Of a stretch of DNA of 64,000 nucleotides, positions 34,117 through 47,200 are shown one piece after another. Below the pieces are notes generated by a model, which was not told where the DNA came from, made no database searches, and was given only the letters and a program-made list of their open reading frames with translations. Each line of letters opens with the position of its first letter. Positions within the stretch are counted from its first letter, which is position 1. Source of the stretch: Fonticula alba ATCC 38817 (lineage: Eukaryota; Protista; Nucleariida); NCBI GenBank assembly GCA_000388065.2, contig KB932201.1, one strand, 5' to 3'. Position numbers and translations under genes: made by a program.

Positions 34117-37100
34117 CGGCTCCCTCCGGCCAGCCGCTCACAAAGAGACGCCTGCGTACCTGGTGCGTGTAGTAGCCATAGAGGAGCTCCAGCTCCGAGG
34201 GGGTGGCCGTGGTGAAGACCCCATCATCACCGATGTTGGACTCCAGCCGGGCCGGATTGAGCGGTCCATTGAAGTCATGCGTGACCCCGGTCAACAGGGG
34301 GGTCACCGTGTCGGACAGGGTGTCGAAGGTCTCATTCGGCAGGAGGCGCGGCCGCAGGGGGAAGAGGACCTTCGGCCGGAAGACGAAGACCAACGGCTCG
34401 GAGGACACCTCGCCCCAGGCGCGCATGTCATTCATGAGGCTGTGGTACACATCGGGCAGGGGGCCCGTGTTGCCGGAGGTCCCGTCAGCCGGCCGGCGGA
34501 AGGACGCCAGCCGGGCCTCGAGGTCCTGCAGCATCGGCCGGGCCGAGGCCGAGGTCGAGCCCCTGACTCCGGGACCGGCCGGGAGGTGGAGAGCACCGGC
34601 GCCGGGCCCGGGCCCGGCCCCGACCGACCCGGCCCCGCTGCCAGCGGACCCGGCGGCCCCGGGGCCGGACAGACGCGATCCCTTCATGCCGTAGGCATGG
34701 AGGTCATCCTCGACGCTGTGGATGAGGTCCGCCACGCGGGTCCTCGGGCTCAGGGGGAGCTCCAGCTGCCCGGTGCTCATGGACACCAGGAACAGGCCGT
34801 AATCCTCGCGCGAGGTGAGGCAGAATTCCAGCTTCTCCGACTGCACCACCCGGTCGATGAGATCCGACACCCGGGCATTGACCGGCAGGGCCACGTGGAC
34901 CAGCTTCTCGGTCAGGACGTCCGGATCGTCGACCGACCGGGGCTTGGCCGATACCGGCATCTGGAGCTGCACATACACCCCGAGCGGCTCGAGGTTCAGG
35001 CGAACTCGCGATTCGACCTACGGCGGCGAGGTGGGGAGGAGACGCGGAGTGGGGGAGGAGGAGGAGGAGGAGGAGCATGGTCGGTCAGCGGGAGTCGGCG
35101 ACAAGGGCAACCGAGGCGGCGGCCGGTCCGAATGAAAGCAAACATGGTCCATAGGCGCGCCTTGCCCACCCCCCCCCCCAGGCCACCCATCGGCCGGGCA
35201 ACGCACATTGATCACGGCCAGGATCTCCTGGCGGCTGGGGACAAGCGCCCGCTCGGCCGGGGGCGGCTCGTCCGGCCGGCCGGACCCCTCGGCAGCCAGG
35301 CGGGCCGCCTCAATCAGCCGCTGGACCGTATGCAGGGAATAGGCTGCCAGCATGGCCGAGGCATTTGCGTCCTGGTTGGCGGCACAGCGCTGCAGGTGCG
35401 CCAGCAGGTAGTCGCGGACGGTGGTCCGCTGGGGCAGGAAGGCCCCGCACATGATGGCAATCAGGTGCCAAATCTGGATGTTGTGGGCACTGCTCGGGTA
35501 GGGGTGGTTGCAGGATTGCTTGATCAACTGCAGGTACACCTCGCTGCGGAGCTCCGGCACCGCCACGCAGCGCTGCAGGATGGATCGAGCCAGGCCAATG
35601 TGATAGCCAATGCCATTGACCGTGGCCGGGGTCTTGGAGCCGCCGGAGGCAATCGACAGGGAGGCCCCGCCGGCCACGGAGGGCGGGATGGCGGCGGCGG
35701 CCCCGGGGCCGGGCTTGCGGCTGATCAGCGTCGAGGCATAGCGCTGGATCAGGCGGAAGAGCTTCAGCGCCTCGGACCGGATGCGCGGCGTGAAGAGCGT
35801 CGACAGGGGGTGCAACAGGGGCTCCCGGGTGAAGACCAGCAGCGGGATGGCCTCGGCCAGCGACTCGAAGCCGCAGTCGCGCACCCGAGCCGACCAGGCC
35901 TCAAACAGGGCCGCCGGGTCGATGGAGCCGGCCGCCCCGCCGCGCGGGCAGTACAGCCCGGCGGTGGTGGCATCGCGTGCATAGAAGAACCGCATGTCCA
36001 GGCTCGGGTACTCGGCGCGCATGGCCGTCAACGCGTGCACCAGGCGCTCGGTCGGCGAGCTGAGCGCCGCATTCTCATTGCACACCAGCTGGATGTGGGA
36101 CATCCAGTGGAAGGCGTCCGAGGCGGTTAGCGCCTCGAAGAAGTACGTCTTGAAGGGGTCGGCCTTGAGGACACTGGTGGCGGCGGCCACCTCGGCCTCC
36201 GGCCGCGGCACGCGCAGCATGAACATGACCACCCGGTCGCCGGGCCGGGTGCCGGCCCGGGGGGACCACCCGAGCCCCTGCGAGGGGTGGTGCGTCACGG
36301 AGAAGAGCTGCGGCCCGGACATCGGGCCTCCGGCGAAGGACCCATGGCTGGGGCCGAGGGCCGACATGCCGGCACCGGAGGCAGCCATGGGCCCGGGCCC
36401 GGCGCCCCCGCCACCGGAGCCACTGCCACTGCCGCCGGACATGGCGGCCATGATGCTGGAGGTGCTGGGGACGCGGCCGCGAATGCGCAATGTCGACCCG
36501 AAGACGCCCTTGCGGCTGCTGCCGGCCGTCGAGGGGGCCGCACTGACGGCCGAGCTGATGGACGAGGTGGATACCGTCGAGGCGGTGGACGACTGGCTGG
36601 CCTTGCGCATGAGCGAGGGGCTGGCGCGGGTCTTGCTGGCGGCCGGGGTCCCGGCGGCGGTCGGCGGCACGAACAGGTTCTCCAACTGCTCGCAGCCGCC
36701 ACCGACCGACCCATCGGAGGAGGTGGAATTGAAGGTGGCCGTCAGGTCCAACCCGGAGCCGGACTCGCCGATGCTGCTCAGCTGCGAGGAGGATGACAGA
36801 TCCCGGCCATGGTGTGGCAGGTGCTCTGGCATGTCGGCCGGCAGGGCGCCCAGCGGGCCGGCCCCGGCCGGAGCCAGCGACGTCAGGGCGTCGTCAAACT
36901 CCGAGTCCGACTCGTTGTCCGGATTGACCAGCTCCACCACCGTGGCCCGGGTCAGGTGGATGACATTGACCGGGCGTTCGTCACGCGGCGACCGGTAGTA
37001 GTAGAGCCCGCTTGGCTTGAGGACGACCCAGCGTGTGGCGGAGAAGCCTGGACGATGGAGGCAGCCAAGACGGGGGGAGGAGGGGGGGGGGGGGAGGGGG

Positions 37101-37836
37101 GCAGCGGAGGTAGGCATCAGCAAGCTGGCAGGAGACGCGCGCGTCGGGGGCGCAGGCGGGAGGGGGAGTTTCTTGTGGCGTTGTCGCGGGCGCACCGTTC
37201 TTGTGCTTGATGAGCCAGCCCTGGGTGATGATGTCCCCGCTGTTGGCCAGGGGCCCGGTGTCAGCCGGTGGCGGGACCGAAATGACGGCCTGTGCGCATG
37301 GAGGGGAGAGATGAGTCAGTGGGCCGAGGGGCAAGGTGTGGCTGCAGTGGTTGCGGGAGGAGAGGAAGACCGGCAGGGGGGAGGCGAAGGGGGAGGAGAT
37401 CCGGCCGAGCACACGCACGTCACGCTTCGCCACCAGTGACAAGGCCCGGACCCACTGGCGCATATCGGCATCCGACACCGGCGAGGCCAGGTGGAAGACG
37501 CGTTGCGGCGTGTGAAGCTCGAAGGTGAAGGGCTGGAGCTTGGACGAGGAGGAGGAGGGGGGCGGCCCGGCCGACGAGGCGATCGACAGGCCGGAGAGCC
37601 CGGTGCCCGGGCCGCCGCCGAGGAGACCGCCAGCGGGCAAGTCCCCGGGGGTCGACTTGTCCGGGGTCTGGGCCAGCACCGCCAGCAGCGATCCACCCGA
37701 GAGGGAGATGTGCCCGATGGCGCTGGCGCCGGAGACCACGTCGTCGGCGGACTTAAAGTACCAGAGAATCTGGTGGCGCAGGACGAAGTACCGGCTCTTC
37801 CAGGACTGATATGGGGAGGGGAGCCGATGTGCGTGC

Positions 37837-37872
<36 letters not shown>

Positions 37873-38858
37873 ATGTAGGCCGAGATGTGTGCATGTGCGC
37901 GTGGCCACGCGTGTCCAGGCTGGCACACGAAGGGCCGAGGCAAAAAGGAGGCGCCAGGAAACACACCTTGTTCCGGCTCTGCTTGAACAGGTAGCCCTGG
38001 TACTCGGCCGCACGAGTGGAGAGGAACTGCCGCGTGGTGGCGATCACCGACGGCCGGGCAGGGACCAAGGGCCCAACCCCGGGCCGGCCGGGCGGCGCCT
38101 TGGCGGGGTCAGCCTCGGAGGCCGAATCGCCGGCCCCGGACTTGGCCCCATCCGAGGCCGGCAGAGAGGGGCTGGTTTCGGTGGGCCCCGCCATCGGGGC
38201 CACATTCTTCTGGGACATGAGATTGGCCACTTGCAGGCGCAGGGTGCGGACCTCATCGTCGAGTTGCTCGGCGCGCGTGGCCTCGGCCTGGGCGCGTGAC
38301 TCCACCATCTCCAGGCGAGCCTCGACGGCGGCGCGCACGCGGCGCGCCGCCGCATCGAAGTGCTCGGCGTCGGCGATGCGCGCGGCCTGCGCCGACCGAA
38401 GGGCGTCGCGCAGGACCTCGGGGTTGTTGGAGGACAGGGGATCCGCGGGGGAGTCGCCGCCAGCCGAGTGGTCGACGGTGGGGGCGGGCCCGGCGGGCGC
38501 GGCAGCCGAGAGCTCCTTCAGCTTGGCTTGAGCTGGTGGCCGGGTCCGCAGGTGCGACCGAGCAAGAAGCCAACCCAGGCAAGACAGTCAGCCACTAGGC
38601 GATTAGGGGGGGAGGGAGGCGGGGGAGGAAGGGCGAGCGAAGGCAATGTCGAGTTCCCAAGGGACGAAAGGGGCCCAGGCGCGCACCCTCCTCGAGGGAC
38701 TGCCGGAGCTGGGCGTTCTCCTCACGGGCCGAGGTCACATGCTGGACGATGAGGCTGCGAGCGCGCTCGATCTTCAGCTCGCGCTCCCGGAACTCATTCT
38801 CACGCTGGGAGACCTGCTGCTCCAGGTACAGGTAACGAGCCTCCCAGCTGTCGGCCAT
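31955..38858 (-). CDS. PLEKHH: Coiled-coil-PH-PH-MyTH4-FERM protein (PLEKHH/MAX-1 family), about 1,793 aa, 9 exons
   Basis: Exons 38858-38687, 38532-37967, 37805-37419, 37289-37196, 37047-35207, 35017-34160, 33872-33718, 33490-32440, 32212-31955 are in frame. PH1 YQGYLFKQ..WKSRYFVLR; PH2 QGWLIKH..RWVVLKP..AFHWMSHI; MyTH4 LRSEVYLQLIKQ..WHLIAIMCGAFLP..PSRQEI; FERM W..L.G..CM..F..W..CGSSFF..LMSSYIN. Confidence 0.9.
34059..34116. repeat. Poly-G of about 58 nt (poly-C on the pre-mRNA) in a PLEKHH intron
   Basis: Direct reading. Confidence 0.8.
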
Positions 38859-39678
38859 TCTCACTGCGGTGACGGGGAGGAGGGGGGGGGGGGAGGGAGC
38901 GCAAAGGGGTGTCAGTTTGGATGAGGCCCGGCAACGGAGGCGAGGAGAGGGGAGCAGCGCCTGCCCAGAGCGGGGGCCCGGCGGCGACGACGGCGTGCCT
39001 GTTTAGAGATCTCGACGGGGCGGGGAGAGTTCGGCGGGATGTGGGGCGGAAAGGGGGAGAGGGGGAGGAAGGGCAGAGAGGAAGGGAGCAGGGCAGATGG
39101 TGCTTGCAGGGGGGGGGGGGGTGTTGTGTATGAGCCTTGTGTGTGTGGGTGTGTGGGTGGATGGGTGTGCTTGTGCGGGTGGATGGTCGGGGGAGGAGGG
39201 GAGGGGGTGAGTTCTGGCGGTCCCTGGGTCCGCTGGCCCCGGCGAGGGACGCTTTGAGCCCCCCTCCCCCGCGTCCCCCCCCTTCCCCCCTGCGCCCAGG
39301 TGGTCGAGATGAGCTGGCGCCCATGGTGGGCGTGTTGTTGAGCGTGCATCCCCGTGGGCCTGGGGCCTTCGTGACGCCCGCCCATGCAGCCTCTCTCTCT
39401 TTCTCTCTCACACACACACACACACACGCACACAGGCGATGTCTCGGGGCCGGGGCCGGAGGGTATCTCGGCGGCGAGCCGGTTTTGGTCCGCACTGCCC
39501 TCCCGAGATGGACCTAATGACGGTTTGATGAATGTCTCACTACGCCGGGAGCGGGGCACATGTTGCATATCCGCGCGAGCCGCGGCACAGGGAGAAGTGG
39601 CGTTGGCCGACGCGACTGCCTTCCCGGCCAGGATGGATGGAGCGGGGGGCGGGGGGGGGGGGGGGGGCCGGGGAAAAA

Positions 39679-39844
39679 NNNNNNNNNNNNNNNNNNNNNN
39701 NNNNNNNNNNNNNNNNNNNNNNNNNNNNNNNNNNNNNNNNNNNNNNNNNNNNNNNNNNNNNNNNNNNNNNNNNNNNNNNNNNNNNNNNNNNNNNNNNNNN
39801 NNNNNNNNNNNNNNNNNNNNNNNNNNNNNNNNNNNNNNNNNNNN
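39679..39844. other. Assembly gap with duplicated flank
   Basis: N run; 39533-39566 is identical to 39845-39878. Confidence 0.95.
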
Positions 39845-39936
39845 TGTCTCACTACGCCGGGAGCGGGGCACATGTTGCGCGGTGGGCGCGGGGGTGGTGG
39901 TGGGGGCGGGGGGGTGGGGGGCGGGTGGGGGGTGGT

Positions 39937-39979
<43 letters not shown>

Positions 39980-41625
39980 CGGGGGAAAAATGCCCCACGC
40001 CTGCGCAACGCACAAAGGCACCTCCCGGCAGGCGGCATCCGAGCCCTGGTCCGTGGGTGTTGGCGCCCCGCGCCGGCGTACGTCCGCCCCGGGCGCTCCT
40101 GGACCCCCGGGGCCGGCCCCTCTCCCTCACATCTCCCGCGAGGGCGCTTGTTTTTTCTAGTTCCGCCCGCCCATGGCCCCCTCCTCGCCGCCCTGTCCGG
40201 CTGGCCAGCGGCGGGTGGTGCGTAGGTCTGACCCCCCCCCCCCCCCCGCCCCCCCGCCCCCCCGCCCCCCGCCTGCTGCGGGCTCATCCGAGCAGCCGAG
40301 CGCGATCATGTCCCGGCAAAGGCTCTAGAGCCCGGGCGCCGGCGACTTGGCGTGTGAGCACACCCTGAGAAGCCCGGCGACCAGGACCGCGGGCGCGCGA
40401 GACCGGGGCCCGCAGATCGGCCTGGTCCCAGGCAACAGGCCGTGGTGGGGGGACACATTTTTCCGGGGCTCCTCCTGCTGGCCCCTTCCTCCTCGGGGCT
40501 CGGGGTGGGAGCGCTTCGGCCGCGGCGCTGGCAGGCGGCGGGCGGAGGTCCCGCGATCTTGGGCCTCCCCCGCCCCCCGGCCTGGCCGCGGTCTGTCGCC
40601 GCCGGCTTTCTCGCTCTGACCTCCGGTCCCTGTGCTGCTCCCTCTTTCCCCAGGCCTCTTCCCTCGCGCACGGATGTGCATGCATCTCGGTTTTCATGCG
40701 CCGGAGACCCGGCGCGCGGCGGGCTCTCACACTCGGCGCCAGATGCAGACAGGAAGTAGACGCGGCGGTGGGCCCCCGGCCATCTGAAAAGGCACACTGA
40801 ACCCGGCCCTTGAGGGGAGCTCCCTGACGCATTCCTTGTGCGCGCGCGCGCGCGCGCCCGAGAGGCAAGGAAGGGCCGAGGCGGTGTGCCGGGCCGGACG
40901 CCGGCGCCAAGTCCGGCGCGCCGGCCTGGCTGGCGAAATATTGATGGCTGCGATCCGGGCGTCCGCCCTGCGTCCAACACTTTGGTCCCTTTCGGTGCGC
41001 AGGGACGGCCCAACGCGGCGGCCCCCCCCCCCCCGGGGGCACGCCCCCCCGGGCGGGGCCCGCCCCGCCGACCTGGGGCCTGCGCCCCCCCCCCCCCCCC
41101 CCCGTCCCCACTCCGCCCCGGCCTTCCGCCGGCCCCCCCCGCCCAATGGAGAAAATGACCCGCTCACCCTGGGCCGGTGTTCGAAGAAGGAAAAGCCATT
41201 GGAGGGTGGGCCGGGGGGGGGTGTTTGCCCCCGCCCGCCCGCCCGCCCGCCCGCCCGCCCGCCCGCCCGCCCGACTCCGCCCCCGCCCCCGATCCTGCCG
41301 GGAGGCGGTGGTACGCACCGCCGGAGAGACGGCATCCTGCGCCGGGCGTTCTTGAGCGCCCACATTCCAAGAAGGTCACGTAATTGCGCGGAATGGCATT
41401 CCAACAGGCCCCACGTGCGGCAATCACGTCCCCTCCAGAAGCTAGCCCACAATCGGCCACTGGATTTGGCGCAGCCGGTGCCCACCGTATATTGTGTTGG
41501 CGGGAGGGGGGGGAGACAGGGCGGGAGGGAGAGCGAGAGCAAAAACCGGAGGGGGACGGGCGGATGTCCAGGGGGCGCGAGCGGGCGATGGGCCTCTGCT
41601 TGTGGCCCGGAGGGGCTCCACCCCC

Positions 41626-42657
41626 TCAGGGCAAGTACGCCAGCTGGCCATCCGGCGTGCGGGTCACATAGTCCAAGTCCACGAGGTAGTCCACCACCGA
41701 GGCCACCTCGTCCTTGGTGGGGGGGCGGATTTGCGGGAACTTCAATTGCTGCCAGTTGGCAATCATGTCCCGCAAGGCCGCCACACTGGGCACCTGGCGG
41801 GTGATCTTCATGATGCGCACCGCCGTGGCTTGGTAGAATTGTCGGCGCCAGCCGCGAGAGCCATTGACCAGCGGCGGGGCCGTGGTGGCCATGGCCCCGG
41901 CCGAGGCACCAGGCAATTGCCCCGGCGCCGGGGACGTGGCAGCCGAGTGGGCCGCGGGTGCGGGCGGGGCGCTGGCGGCGCCGGGCGGGCTGGCGTTGGG
42001 CCCGGGGAAGGGCCGCGACGGGCTGCCGGTGGCCTGGCCGGCGCCGGAGGCCGTGGCCGCGGCCGCGGCCGCCGCCCTGGCCAAAGTCGATGCCAGGGAC
42101 AACTGGTCCACGGCCCCCGGGCCTGGGGCAGTGCCGCTGCCCGAGGACGCCCCCGAGGAGGCGGTCGACGAAACCGTGGACATGGGCCGGAAGGACACGC
42201 TCGAATGGTCGGCCCCCTCGCTGGAGGCGGACCCCGAGCCGCCGGAGGGCAGGGTCGACAGGTCGTCCTCCATCGACATCGACCGGCCGGCCTCCGAGTC
42301 GACTGTGGCCCCCATCTGGAGGTCCAGCTCGGACACCTCCTCCAGCCCGGCCAGGCTGGCCAGCAGGTTGATGTTGAGCTCCAGCGCCGGGGCCGCCGGG
42401 GCGGGCAGATAGCCGGCCGTCGGGTCGGCGCCTTGGGTGTGGAGCCGGCTCCCGGCGGGGGCTGCCTGCATGTTGGCGACCCCGCTGGCGGGCGTGTCCG
42501 CAAAGAGGAAGCCATTGCCCCGGTAGGCCGGATCCTCGAGGGTGGCGCGTCGCATCGGGAAAAAGGCGATGTCCTCCTCGGTGCTGCTTGGGTCATCGTG
42601 TTACTTGCGGCGTGTGATGGGTGGGGGAAGGGGAGATGACGCAGGCCAGGTGCAGAT

Positions 42658-42744
<87 letters not shown>

Positions 42745-44139
42745 ATGTGTGCATGTGTACATGTGTGCATGTGTGCATGTATACATGTGTGCATGTGTGC
42801 ATGTGTGCATGTGTGCATGTGTGCATGTGTGCGAACGTACGGATGATAGGCCGGATTCAAATCCAGCACTAGGTCCGGTCCCAAATCCCACAGGCACACG
42901 TCCGCCTGCTGGGGAGGCGGGCCTTGCAAAAGGATTAGCCCCGCCTGGCAGAGGGGGCCTACCTGGAGGAGGAACTGCAGGGGGTCTTGCAGCCCCGCAT
43001 GCTCCATGAAGTGTCCCACCGAGGCCGGGCCCCAGATCGTCAGCAGGCGAAGGATCAAGGCCTGGTGCGCGGTGGCGTACACCTCCACCGGGGCCGGCAG
43101 CCGGGGGGAGGTCATGCGCAGGCACGCGCGCCCGGCGTCATGCAGCCAGGTGAGCCGCCGCCCGGGGAACCGTGACACATACTCCGTCTCGAAGTGAAGG
43201 ACCACACCAAGCAGCTTGGTCGGTCAAATGCCCGGTCGTGGTTAGGCACAGCATCGGGGATGGGAGGGCACAGCAAGGGGCGCGACAGGAGAGCAGATGC
43301 GACATGCAGGTCAGGCACCTCGGCCGGCAGCTGCAGCGTCGTCGGCCGCGGGCCATCCAGCGGCCCGGGCGACAGGCCAGAGCGTGCTTGGATGCTCGGT
43401 GTCAGGGGAAAGCCAAAGGTGTCGCTCACGCCGGTGGTCGACGGGGCAATCGAGGAGTTGGCTCGGCCCGGGACCATCGGCCAGAAGAAACGGTTGCACA
43501 CGAGCACATGGAGCACCGGCGGTGGGGGCTGGCCTGCAGGAGCTCCGACCGAGGGAGACAGTGGCCCGTGTCAGGAGGGTGAGCAACGATGTCGGAGGAA
43601 GGACGGGCCGGGTGCACGGGCGGAAGCGGCAGCAGCAAAAGGGCCCCGAATACCACATGCACAGAGGGCAGATGCACGGGCCAAAGGGGCAAAACATACC
43701 ATCGCGCGGCTGGTATGCCGCCGCTCCGCGCAGCGAGAGCATCTGCTTGTTCAGGGTGAAGGATTGTCCCGCGTCGCCGAGCATTCGCCGCATGGGGTAG
43801 ATGTAGTTGCGCCCACACAGGAGCCCAAGGATGTTGAGGTACCGGCTCTCGAAAGCCATCTGCGCATTCCACAGGGCCAGCACACGCTCCATGTCCGGCA
43901 GGGGATTGCGCAGGAGCTTGTCCGCTCGGAAGAAGGACAGCACATTGTGCAGGAACATGAGCCGGTGGTTCAGGTACCCGATGTAGCATTGCCGGAAGTG
44001 GGACTTGTTGCTGAGGAATTTGAAGAGAAGCGTCGTGGCGGCCTGGACATTCTGAATGGCGTCTGGTTCATCGACATGCAGGGGCAGGGGGTTAGTCCCA
44101 GGCGAGCGGGGTATTTCTGCATCTGTGTATCTGTGTATC

Positions 44140-44205
<66 letters not shown>

Positions 44206-47200
44206 CATGGGAGAGGAGCGGGCCCAGGATGGGCGCAAGCTAGTCCTCCCGGACGAACCATTGTCCTCGCGTGGCTGAAAGCGCCCCAGGTGGCAGTCCT
44301 CGGTCAGCTTGAGGGAGAGCATCATCCCTCGAGGGGCGATACTGGACAGCTCCCAGCCGGCGAAGGAGAAGGCGATCAGGTGCATGGCAAAGGCCAGCTG
44401 CCGATAGAAGGGTATCAGGTGGTGCTCCGGGTCATTGAGGACCTCTCGAAAGGCCTTACCAGGCGAGGAGGGAGGACCCGCGGAGGGCATTAGCACGGCG
44501 CGAGGCGGGTGCGAGGAAGTGCGCGCGTGTGTGTTCGGGGCAGAGCTAATCCGCGGAACGGAATTGCGTGTGCGTGTGTGTGTGTGCGTGCGTGCGTGTG
44601 TGACCCCGAGCTGGCGCACCTTGTCAATGGAAGCCGTGAACAGCGGCTCATCATCGAAGAGGATGCGCACGCGTGACCGATGGCTCAGCAGCAGGCGACA
44701 CATGTCAAGAACATAGGAGAAGGTGGTCTGGAAGGGGGCAGGCGCCAGGAGTCAGTCGGCAGCCTCGGCCGGGAGTGGGCGGCGGAGGGGGGACCAAAGA
44801 GAGACAGGGGAGAAAATGGAGACGCGGGAAGGGGGCACCTTGGCCGTGTTGCCCGGCTCGATGGCTCGAGCCTCTTGGGTGATGTGCGCCTGCAAGGTAG
44901 TCTGGAAGGAGGTCAAGCCCTCGGGCACAAAGCTGACCAGGTGGTAAATCTTGGATAGCTCTGCCCAGCCCAACACCAGTGACGGTCAGTGGACAGAGGA
45001 CGGGGAGCGGGGGGGGGGGGGGCGGATGGCAGGCGGAAGCATGTGCATTCCGGAGGAGAAAGGAAGCGGGCAGGAGGAGGCGAGGGCATGCGCACCGGTT
45101 GTGGCATTCTGCCGGATGAGGGCCTCGGCCTCGGAGGAAAACAGCCGCAGATGGTCCCCCACGAGGCTCTGCCGGACTTGGGCCAGCAGCTGAAGGAAGA
45201 GGTAGGACGGTCAGCAGGGCAGGAGGCGGGGAACCCCCCTTCGTGAAAAAATAGAGCCCCCAGTCATCCGCGCATGCGATGTAGCAATGGCAGCGAGGGA
45301 AGGGCAGGGAACATTTACAGGCATTTGTGGGACCATGTAAGACCTCCCTCACCCGGCCCGGGGCCAGGAGCACGCACCCGAGCGAGAGCGAAGGTATCCA
45401 GGAAGACCTCGGCGTTTTTGGCCTCGAATTCCAGGCATGCCTCGACCGTCTCGACGTAGCGTCCAAAGGGAAGGGTGCCGGCGGACATGCCAGGCCGAGC
45501 CCCGGACAACTCGCACTGCCGAAGCATTTCCGTCGACTTGGAGCTGTAGTAGCTGGCCGTCTGCCGGAGGAACGGCTCGACAAAGCAGTTCCGGAAGACG
45601 GAGCGCGGGTTGTCGCCGAGCTTGGACGAGTCCTCGAGCTCGCCGCCGGCATTCTGTGCGCTGAAGAGCCGGCGCTCGACAAATTCTGCCACATTCAAGG
45701 CCATGGGCCAGCATGGGAGTAGGGGAAGGGAAGGAGGAGAGGACCGAGCGGAAGTCAAGCACGGCCGCAGAGGGGACGACAGTGCGACCGAAGGAGCGGC
45801 CCGGGGGGGGGGAGGAATGTTAGCCCCCGTCCGGCCGGGCGTCAGGGGGGGGGGGGGGAGAGGAAACACATGAAATGCCAACCCCACAACATACGGAGGG
45901 ATCGAACAATGATGGCGATCAGGTTGAGGGCACTGCTGCCGGGCTGTGGAGAGACACCGGCGTGCGTGCTGGCGCCCGCCGTGGTGAAGGAGCCAGCCTC
46001 TTCGCGAAGTTGGCGCAGGCAATTCAGTAGGGCCCGGATGAGGGGGCCATTTTCCTCCAAGCACATCGGATGGATGACTTTCCGGCTCCAAGAGTGCAGT
46101 GCAAGCTGCATGGCGCCAGTCCCACATGGACCCCATGTGTCAGAGGAGCAACAGACGGGCACAAGGGGGGGGGGGGGGGCGGGCGGCAGTGCGCCACACC
46201 GGGGCGGAAAGGAGGACCCACCGAGAGACAAACAGGCAGACAGGCGCATATGGACAAGCACGCACCTCTAGCAAGGATAGCCGTGATCGCGGCGAGGCAG
46301 ATAGAGCCCGGTACTTGGCCAGTAAATGGGCATGCTGTTGTGACGGCGGCGGATGGCCAGCGCGGCCAGGGTCACTCGGGCCCAGAGAGGATGCGGACGC
46401 CGGGGCGGCTGTTCCCCCGGCTGCCACGTCCTTATGGTTGAGGCTGGCCAAGTGGGACTTGAGCAGGAGATTCACATGAGAGAAGGCCGCATCCAGGGAC
46501 CGAGCACATGTGGAGAAGACAATCCACCGCATGGAGTACTCCCCCAGCAGGTAGGTGTCTCCCCGGGTGACTACCGCCTGCAGGGCCTTCACAACGAAGA
46601 AGGTAATATCCAGTCACGCCCCGGGGGGGAGGGGGGGGGGAGGGGCCAAAGAGAGGCATGTCAGGCCAAGGCCGTGTTGGGGAGGGGCTCATTCGCCAGG
46701 CTAGAGCGCGTACCCGGGCCTGGTCGGCCGCGATTTTGTGGAAGCAGGCCGAGAAAAGAAGGTGCAGTGCTTCGAAATGCCCGGCGTTGATCAGCTGGTG
46801 TACATCGCTTCGTAAACGCAGTGCGCGGGTCGGCGATGGTTAGCTCGAGGGCAGGGCCGTGCATGCATGCATGCATGTGTGCATATCTGCCTGTGTGTCT
46901 CCATGTATAGACATGTATGTGCGTGTGCGTGTGCGTGTGCGTGTGCGGGAATGGGTGCAAAAGGAGGGGCAGAGGTGGGGGCGGCGGCGGCGGCGGCGGC
47001 GGCGGAAGGGGGCGCAAGTGGAGCTGAGGGCAGGGGGGCGGAGTGGGGGGGGGGGGGGATATGACAGCGGGAGCAGCGAATGCAAGGGGACGAAGGACGC
47101 ACGAAATCCGCTCGGCCGCCGGCAAGGGGATATCCGTGAAGACCGAGTGTCGTAGAAGCGGTCCCTCGGGGCCGGGCTCCGTGGCAATACAGAACATGTT

